Shown here one piece after another: positions 44,133 to 50,165 of a stretch of 50,165 nt of DNA (position 1 is its first letter; each line of letters opens with the position of its first letter). The position numbers and the translations under genes are program-made. The notes under the pieces are model-generated. The model was not told where the DNA came from. It searched no databases and was given only the letters and a program-made list of their open reading frames with translations. This DNA is from Rhodospirillales bacterium (lineage in GTDB: Bacteria; Pseudomonadota; Alphaproteobacteria; Rhodospirillales; 2-02-FULL-58-16), in the NCBI GenBank assembly GCA_046756945.1, contig JBHHXI010000002.1, positions 1 through 50,165 of the forward strand, in the 5' to 3' direction.

Positions 44133-44798
44133 ATGGCGCCGGTAGGCCGGGCGATGGCGAGCCGACGGGAATTCCTGACGGCCTGTGTGGCCCTGGCGCT
44201 CGCCGTTTCGGGGTTCCCCGCCCGGGCCGACGAATTCGCGGAGGGGGCGCAGCGTTTCATCGAGTCCCTCGCCGACCGGGCGATTGCCGCCCTGACGTTT
44301 CCCGGCCTTGCCAGGCCGCGGCGGGTGGCGCGCTTTCGCGCCCTTTTCAACGATCACTTTGCGGTGCAGGGCATCGCGCAATGGGTCCTCGGCCGCTACT
44401 GGCGGCAGGCGACGGTGGCCGAACGGGGCGAGTTCCTGGTCCTGTTCGAGGACCTCATGGTCGCCACCTACGTCGACCACTTCGCCAGGTACGCAGGCAG
44501 GGGCCTGTCGGTCACCAGGACGGTCGCCAAGGGAACCGGGGACGCCATCGTCTATTCGCAGATCATCGGCCGCGACGGCAAAGCCTCGTTGCCGGTTGAC
44601 TGGCGGGTGCGGGTCGACTGGCGGGAGCGCACCGGCGCCGGCCAGTACAAGATCACCGACGTGATGGTCAAAGGCGTGAGCATAAGCCAGACCCAGCGCT
44701 CGGAGTTCGCCTCGGTCATCCGCGAGAACGGCGGAAAGGTCGAAGGCCTCCTCGCCGTATTGCGCGAAAGAGTGAAAAAAGTGCGCCGCAACGCGTGA
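44133..44798 (+). CDS. MlaC/Ttg2D-family phospholipid-binding periplasmic protein
   Basis: SRREFL Tat-like signal. FDHFAVQGIAQWVLGRYWRQAT and YKITDVMVKGVSISQTQRSEF motifs. The start could be 44133 or 44154. Confidence 0.75.
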   Translation: MAPVGRAMASRREFLTACVALALAVSGFPARADEFAEGAQRFIESLADRAIAALTFPGLARPRRVARFRALFNDHFAVQGIAQWVLGRYWRQATVAERGEFLVLFEDLMVATYVDHFARYAGRGLSVTRTVAKGTGDAIVYSQIIGRDGKASLPVDWRVRVDWRERTGAGQYKITDVMVKGVSISQTQRSEFASVIRENGGKVEGLLAVLRERVKKVRRNA

Positions 44799-45125
44799 CT
44801 CCCGCGCCGCGGCATGGCTCCCTGGCGCCGCGTCCCCCACCGAAACCACACCCCTCCGTCACCGATGGAGAAAAGCCGCGGTCCCGTCCCGCGACGTTGC
44901 GCACAAGCGCGTCCCAAGGAAAGTATTCAGGTAAAAAACACCGGAGTATCTTATACCTTTGCATAATATACCTATGCCTATGCTCTGTTTATTATGCCGG
45001 TATTCCAAAAATACCCGCGTTAAACTTGAAATGCGTATCCAAAGGACTACGTTGAAAATGTCGGCGTGAACGCCGGGCCGGTTGCGGCCAGCGGCGGGAT
45101 CGGACAACACCCCCGCGGGAAAGCG

Positions 45126-45992
45126 ATGACCAAAAGAACGTTTGCCTACGCCATTCGGCCGGAGCCCTCGGCACCCGTCCGCCGCGGCGTGGTCAAGGCG
45201 AAAGACGAAAACGACGCGCGCCGGCTGCTGCGGCGCACGTTCGGCCTTGCCAGGCTGCCTCGAGGCACACGGATTTCCGAAAAGGCCAGGAGCAAACCCC
45301 GGCCACCCGCCAACAGGCGCACGTTCGCCTACGCCGTGTACCTGGGACCCGACACACCCCTCGGGCGGGGCGCGGTCGAAGCCGCGGACGAGAAGGACGC
45401 GCGCCGGATCCTGCGCGGCGTGTTCGGCTGTGCGCGGCTTCCCCGTGGCACACTGATCTTCGATCAGGCCGAGATCGACTCCGAAGAGGAGACCGCCCTG
45501 CTTCTGGAGACGTTCGCCCGCGCCGCCCAGGGTGGGGAGCCGCGCGGCGCAAAAAAGACCGGGACCGGGGGGCCGGGCGGGCGGCGCAAGTCGGCGAAGC
45601 TGCGCCATCTTCTGAAGGTTTTGTCCAGCCACCACGCATGGCTTAACGGCAACGGCGTCGGGCAGCGGGCCAACCTTACCGGGCTGAACCTGAGCAAGGT
45701 GAGCCTGAGCAACATGAACCTGAGCCACGCCGACATGACCGAGGCCGACCTTTCGGGCGCCGACCTGCGCAAGGTCAGGCTGGTGGGCGCCAACATGGTG
45801 CGCACGGTGCTCAGGAACGCGAACCTGCGCGGCGCCGATTTGCGCAATGCCGATCTTAGCGATGCGGATCTGCGCGAAGCCGTTCTCCTGGACGCGAAAC
45901 TGCGCGGCGCGGATCTGTGGCGGGCGAACCTGGACGGGTGCGTTATCGCGCCGACGGCGCTGCATGCGGCCTTCAACTGCAAGGCCAGGTGA
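45126..45992 (+). CDS. Pentapeptide-repeat protein with a tandemly duplicated ~51-aa N-terminal module
   Basis: C-terminal ANLTGLNLSKVSLSNMNLSHADMTEADLSGADLRKV...NANLRGADLRNADLSDADL. N-terminal modules at aa 4-54 and 65-115. Confidence 0.8.
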   Translation: MTKRTFAYAIRPEPSAPVRRGVVKAKDENDARRLLRRTFGLARLPRGTRISEKARSKPRPPANRRTFAYAVYLGPDTPLGRGAVEAADEKDARRILRGVFGCARLPRGTLIFDQAEIDSEEETALLLETFARAAQGGEPRGAKKTGTGGPGGRRKSAKLRHLLKVLSSHHAWLNGNGVGQRANLTGLNLSKVSLSNMNLSHADMTEADLSGADLRKVRLVGANMVRTVLRNANLRGADLRNADLSDADLREAVLLDAKLRGADLWRANLDGCVIAPTALHAAFNCKAR

Positions 45993-46064
45993 CAGGACCG
46001 CGCCCGGGTCCCCGCCGTTCAGGCAGGCCCGCGGTCGAGGGGACAGGGCGAACTGACGCCGATG

Positions 46065-46109
46065 CCGGCTTCTTAGTCCCGGGCCGGCTTCTTAGTCCCG
46101 GGCCGGCTT
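46065..46109. repeat. 19-bp tandem repeat (ccggcttcttagtcccggg, ~2.4 copies) spanning the cheW stop codon
   Basis: Units at 46065..46083 and 46084..46102, with a partial third unit. Confidence 0.85.
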
Positions 46110-46898
46110 GATATCCAGCAGGCGGCCCACGTCCAGCACCACCATCAACGCCGTTTCGAGCCGGTAGACGCCGAGGGCGAACTCCCGCCACGCCGTATCC
46201 AGGGTGCTGGGGTTGTCCTCGAAGAAGTCATCCGCCAGGCTGATGACGTCCCCCACCCTGTCCACGAGCAGGGTATAGAGCTCGTTCTCGTGCTCGACGG
46301 TGACGCACATGCCGTGCACGCCGGCGGCGTCGGTGTCTTCGTCCACCGGCGGGCCCGCGCCCTCGGCGGGACGGTTCTCATCGTCGGCGGGGCGCTCTCC
46401 GGCGTCCGCGGCGCCGTTCGCGTCTTCCGCGGCGCCGGCAGCGCCATCCGTGTCCACGGGAGCGCCCGCCGGGTCGGCCGCGCCATTGCCCTGCCCGGCC
46501 GGGCGGCCTGCCGCGTCCGGGCTCTCCTCTTGGGCCGGGTGGGCGTTCTCGTCCGCGGCACCGCTTCCGTCCACCGCCGGCCGGCTTGCCCCGCCCCGCC
46601 GGCGGATGCCCCTGGCCGCGCCGGCGGCTGTCTTGCCGGCGAGGCTTTCCTCCAGGCCCAAACGCACCCGGACGTCGACCACGGTGACGATGCGCCCGCG
46701 CAGATTGATGGAACCCCGGATCTCGGGCGGCGCCAGGGGAATGGGTGCTATTCGGTCGGGCGTCAGGATATCCTGGACCTTGAGCACCGGGATGCCGAAC
46801 ATCTGATTATCGATGAAGAAGGTGACGAAGTCCTCGAGGTCCTTGCTCCGCACGACATCCACATCCCCGGCGGCGCCGGTTGCCACAGCGTGTTCCAT
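46092..46898 (-). CDS. cheW: CheW-like coupling protein with a ~110-aa low-complexity insertion
   Basis: FVTFFIDNQMFGIPVLKVQDI...IRGSINLRGRIVTVVDVRVRLGL, then an A/G/D/P-rich insert, then LYTLLVDRVGDVISL. GGAGA Shine-Dalgarno before the start. Confidence 0.75.
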   Translation of the reverse strand: MEHAVATGAAGDVDVVRSKDLEDFVTFFIDNQMFGIPVLKVQDILTPDRIAPIPLAPPEIRGSINLRGRIVTVVDVRVRLGLEESLAGKTAAGAARGIRRRGGASRPAVDGSGAADENAHPAQEESPDAAGRPAGQGNGAADPAGAPVDTDGAAGAAEDANGAADAGERPADDENRPAEGAGPPVDEDTDAAGVHGMCVTVEHENELYTLLVDRVGDVISLADDFFEDNPSTLDTAWREFALGVYRLETALMVVLDVGRLLDIKPARD

Positions 46899-47206
46899 AG
46901 GTCGTCTCCACGGTGCAACGGTTCCTTCCCGCCGCGCGACACCATGCCGCGGACGATACCGCGCCCTGCAATCAGGGTGCTATTGGTTGCCCGATATGGG
47001 TTTCGAGACAATGACGCATACGCATAGGTGGTCTATACGGCGGCATAGGGCGGGCCGGGACCTCTTGCAATTCCCGCCCGCCATGGAGATCGTGGCGCCC
47101 ACCGCGGGCGCGTCGGGAAAGAATTGAGGGGGCGCCCCCAGGCGGGACGCGCCGCCGGGAAAAAGCTTCGCCACGGGGGCGCCCGGGGGTATCAAAGGGT
47201 GCCGCT

Positions 47207-48298
47207 TCACGGCGCCGCGGCGCTTCCCGCGCCGAGAAGCCGCCGGCGCAGCCGGCAGATCCGTTGCTGGTAATGGCGCACCGCTTCGAGCGCCTTGGCC
47301 TGATTGTAATGGCGATTGGTCGTCTCAAGGGATGCGTGGCCGAGCAGCGCGGCGGCGGTCCTGACATTCTCGGGGTCGTCGACGATCAGGCTCGTCGCCA
47401 GGCAGTCGCGGAACAGGTGCGGGTTGATGGCGACACCAAGCTCCCTCTCCGTCAGGTCCCGGACGCGCACGTAGAGGGACCCCGCCGTCATCGCCGTGCC
47501 CCTCTGCGTGATCCAGACCCGATCGCTCCACCCGCCCTTGAGAAGCACCGGGCGGTGCTCCAGCAGGTAGCGGTCGATGTACGGCGTCAGGGCGTCGGGC
47601 AACGGCACTTCGAACAGGCGCCCGCCCTTGGTGTCCCCGGCCTCGAACAGGGTCACATAGCGGTCGTGCAGCCGCTTCAGGTTGCGCCCGATGCCCATGC
47701 CGGCAAAGGTTCGCCGCCTGAGGGGGCGGGCGGCGAGGAAGGCGATCATCGCGCCGTCGCGGTAGCGCAGGGCCCGCCGGTTTGCGCTCGCGCGGGTGTC
47801 CCCTTCGGCCCGTTCCAAGAGCCCGACGCCGAGCCCGAAAAGCTCGGCGGAATTCCGTATCCTCTGCTCTTTGTCGCGCACCGGTTGGGCCGCCGCCGCC
47901 AGCCGGCGCTCGGCGCGGCGCAGCCAGCCCAGGTCGGCGTCGGGGGCAATGACCCGGAGCGTCTTTTTCAGGCCGCAAATCCGGCCGTGCACCGTGACCG
48001 GCGCGACGGTCGCCTGAAGCTCTTCGATATAGGCCCGCAACCGTTCCGGCAGGACGCGGTCCGCAGGCGCCGCGTCGGCGTCAAGGTCCCCTTGCCACTT
48101 GATATGGGTCAGCCACCGGCCGTAGGCGCTGGCCATCGTGCGGCGCGTGGCGTCGGACCAGCGGCAGGCCAGGCCGCCGTCGCCGAGGATATCGCCGCGA
48201 TCGAGCGCCGCGTTCCAGGCGGCCCGGTCGGGGTCCGGCCACTCCCGGACCGGCAGGCAGCGCCGGGCGGGGTCCTTCCCGGGATCAAGCGCCGCCAT
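47207..48298 (-). CDS. Tyrosine-type site-specific recombinase/integrase (~363 aa)
   Basis: R...K...HLFRD...LLGHASLETTNRHY catalytic signature. ATG-48298 is preferred and overlaps the upstream gene by 14 nt. Confidence 0.85.
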   Translation of the reverse strand: MAALDPGKDPARRCLPVREWPDPDRAAWNAALDRGDILGDGGLACRWSDATRRTMASAYGRWLTHIKWQGDLDADAAPADRVLPERLRAYIEELQATVAPVTVHGRICGLKKTLRVIAPDADLGWLRRAERRLAAAAQPVRDKEQRIRNSAELFGLGVGLLERAEGDTRASANRRALRYRDGAMIAFLAARPLRRRTFAGMGIGRNLKRLHDRYVTLFEAGDTKGGRLFEVPLPDALTPYIDRYLLEHRPVLLKGGWSDRVWITQRGTAMTAGSLYVRVRDLTERELGVAINPHLFRDCLATSLIVDDPENVRTAAALLGHASLETTNRHYNQAKALEAVRHYQQRICRLRRRLLGAGSAAAP

Positions 48299-50015
48299 CC
48301 GTCGACTCCCCGCACAGCCGGCCACGAAGCCGTAGGATCACCTGGTCGAAATGACGGGCCGCGGCGGCGGTCTCGAGGCCCGTGTAATGGCGTGTCGTCG
48401 TATCCATGCGACGGTGCGCAAGCACGCGGCGCACCACCTCGTAACCGCCCGGCTTCTCGTCCAGGTACAGCTTGGCATCGATGTGGCGGAACAGGTGGGC
48501 GTTGACGATCAGCCCGGTCCATTTGAAGACGGTCTTGCGGATCTGGCGGGTAAACCGGTCCGGCGACTTGTGCCGGCCCGGCCGGGCGCCGGGAAAAAGC
48601 CACCCGGACGGTCCCCTGGTCAAGAGGGGGCGGTACCGTTCCAGGTAAAGATCGAGAAGCGTGATGCTCTCCGGCGAGAGATCGAACGCCAGTTCCTCGC
48701 GGTTCTTGACCTCATGGGGCGGGATGACGATCAACACGCGCTCCCGTGTCGGCTCGCGCCGGCGAATGATGTGCCGGTCCATGCCGAGGCCGACGAGATT
48801 TTTCAGGCGCACCGGCATCATGATCAGGAGTTCCACGGCAAGCGCGGTCTGCATCAGCAATGCGTCTTTCCTCTGGGGCTGGCTTTTCCGTTCGACCTCA
48901 TCGAGAACGGCCTGGGGAAAACCGAGCAGCAGGGCCTTGTTGTGGTCGCTGTCGAACTGGCGCAACCGGGAACGGTTCTTTTCCGTAAGCCCTTCCTGTC
49001 GCGGCGTGACCTTGCGCTTCATGGCGCGCAGTTCCTCCAGGTGCCGGGCGTCGACCCGGACCCAGTGGCGGGCGATGGCGACCAGGGTCCCGGCGATGGC
49101 GGCCGTCTGGCTGGTCGGCGCGCCCCCGCTCCGGGCCAGGAAAAAGTGCAGAATCCGGCGCACGCGTTCGGGGTCGACCAGGTCCGCCAGCGCCGTGAGC
49201 GCGTCGAGGTCCTGGCCGCCGTGGACCAGCGCCGAGACGATCTGGCGGACCTGAAACCTGCGCGCCCTGATGGTCGCCGGACGCGCCGGCCGCGCCGGGG
49301 CGCCGTCTCCCAGGATGTCCGGATTGCGCAGGCCCTCCAGCCAAGCCTCGGCGTCCTGGCGCAGGGGGTCGGGCAGGCGGTCCCAGGCAACGCAGTATCC
49401 CCGGCGGTTCGCGGGAAGGGTGAGGCACACCTGCGGCCAACCGTCGATTGTATTGACCGCCTTGTTCCACAGTGTGAGCGTTCGGCGATACAGGGCTTCG
49501 GGCCGTTCGACGAAGGTCTCGTCGCGCAGGCAGGCGAGGAAATGGCGGCCGACCGCGTCGTCGACGCCGTCCGGCTCGACCCGGTGCGTGCTACAGAACT
49601 GCATGAACCGGGAAAGGCCGTAGCGGAACCCGTCGGTGCGCAGGCGGCCGCGCAGGGCATCCCAGGCCGGGCTCAACGCGGCCCGCCGCCCGGCCAGGCT
49701 GGATTGGCCCAGGTAGCGCCTGAGCACGAAGCCGATCTCCGAGCGGATGTTGCGGAACCTCTTCTCCCCCAAACCGGCGTGTTTTGGATGGAAGTCCTTG
49801 AGACGGCGGCGGAAATAGGCATGGCTGGCGGGCACGTCGGCGGCGGCCTCGCCAAAGGCCGCGCACAGGGTCCGGATCGCGGAGCATAGGTCCCGCTTCC
49901 GGGTCGCCGACACCTCCGGGTCGCGGCGGATGGTTTCGCTGAGGTCCTGCATGGTCGACTGCCCAGGGGAGGCGATCGGCGGGCCGACCCTGCCAAGGTC
50001 GCTCATCATGGTCAT
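48285..50015 (-). CDS. Tyrosine-type site-specific recombinase/integrase, long form (~576 aa)
   Basis: PVRLKNL, VKN, HLFRH and LAHRRMDTTTRHY signature. GGAGGGG Shine-Dalgarno before ATG-50015. Confidence 0.85.
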   Translation of the reverse strand: MTMMSDLGRVGPPIASPGQSTMQDLSETIRRDPEVSATRKRDLCSAIRTLCAAFGEAAADVPASHAYFRRRLKDFHPKHAGLGEKRFRNIRSEIGFVLRRYLGQSSLAGRRAALSPAWDALRGRLRTDGFRYGLSRFMQFCSTHRVEPDGVDDAVGRHFLACLRDETFVERPEALYRRTLTLWNKAVNTIDGWPQVCLTLPANRRGYCVAWDRLPDPLRQDAEAWLEGLRNPDILGDGAPARPARPATIRARRFQVRQIVSALVHGGQDLDALTALADLVDPERVRRILHFFLARSGGAPTSQTAAIAGTLVAIARHWVRVDARHLEELRAMKRKVTPRQEGLTEKNRSRLRQFDSDHNKALLLGFPQAVLDEVERKSQPQRKDALLMQTALAVELLIMMPVRLKNLVGLGMDRHIIRRREPTRERVLIVIPPHEVKNREELAFDLSPESITLLDLYLERYRPLLTRGPSGWLFPGARPGRHKSPDRFTRQIRKTVFKWTGLIVNAHLFRHIDAKLYLDEKPGGYEVVRRVLAHRRMDTTTRHYTGLETAAAARHFDQVILRLRGRLCGESTDGGA

Positions 50016-50165
50016 CGGACCCCTCCCCTCTGCGCGTCCGGTCCCGGGCACCGGTTGGACGGCCCGCCTTCGCCGAAGCGAAGCTCCGGCTTCGCGCAGG
50101 CAGGCGCGGCGGTGCGAAATCGGGAAACCGTGATGCAATTAAACATGCCGATGAACGTCATGCTG

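Larger units (their letters stand above)
47207..50015 (-). mobile_element. Tandem overlapping tyrosine recombinase module (possible multi-recombinase mobile element; boundaries not defined)
   Basis: Two same-strand, overlapping recombinase genes at the window edge. No terminal repeats or att site were identified. Confidence 0.4.

Noticed and set aside
44859-45965. 368-aa minus-strand ORF that also looks pentapeptide-like
   Set aside because: The antisense of a pentapeptide-repeat gene is itself periodic. The plus-strand product has the canonical A(D/N)LxX repeats and a sensible N-terminus and start, so I chose the plus strand.

Overview
A 50.2 kb, very GC-rich chromosomal segment (about 65-70% G+C by eye). 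It looks proteobacterial, probably alphaproteobacterial; that is inference from the gene families only. High GC creates many long antisense and alternate-frame shadow ORFs in the track. I kept about 42 CDS that show recognisable family motifs and trimmed several to internal starts with Shine-Dalgarno support.

Modules in order:
1. Two convergent serine proteases (S8 and S1-TPR).
2. A B12-dependent glutamate mutase operon (glmS-glmL-glmE).
3. An orphan TctC/Bug binding protein, then an amidohydrolase plus a lone DppC-type permease.
4. A tightly packed operon: acylating aldehyde dehydrogenase, SucC/SucD-like ADP-forming CoA ligase, quinone-oxidoreductase-type MDR and MFS transporter, followed by phosphonoacetate hydrolase (PhnA) and a TauE/SafE exporter.
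5. A low-GC porin cassette bracketed by 147-bp direct repeats of the TauE/SafE 3' end.
6. A two-subunit aconitase X.
7. An ~18 kb polysaccharide cluster at 20.5-39.3 kb: seven glycosyltransferases (one a fusion), AsnB-type amidotransferase, FkbM and class I methyltransferases, Wzx-like flippase, heparinase II/III-like protein.
8. Two extreme AT-rich islands flanking a small PAS gene.
9. An OmpA-type and FlgO-type lipoprotein pair, an M23 peptidase and MlaC.
10. A pentapeptide-repeat protein with a duplicated N-terminal module, and a CheW with a ~110-aa low-complexity insertion.
11. Two overlapping tyrosine recombinase genes at the right edge.

I found no rRNA, convincing tRNA or CRISPR array.

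Most interesting items:
- The CoA-dependent module next to PhnA and TauE/SafE.
- The repeat-bracketed porin cassette.
- A GC-rich hairpin repeat family that supplies the C-termini of two genes.
- A 35-nt motif shared by two divergent promoter regions in the polysaccharide cluster.
- A G-quadruplex-type tandem repeat.
- An unannotated 47-codon ORF behind a near-consensus promoter.
- The recombinase pair.

All family assignments come from motif recognition by eye. No database search was run.
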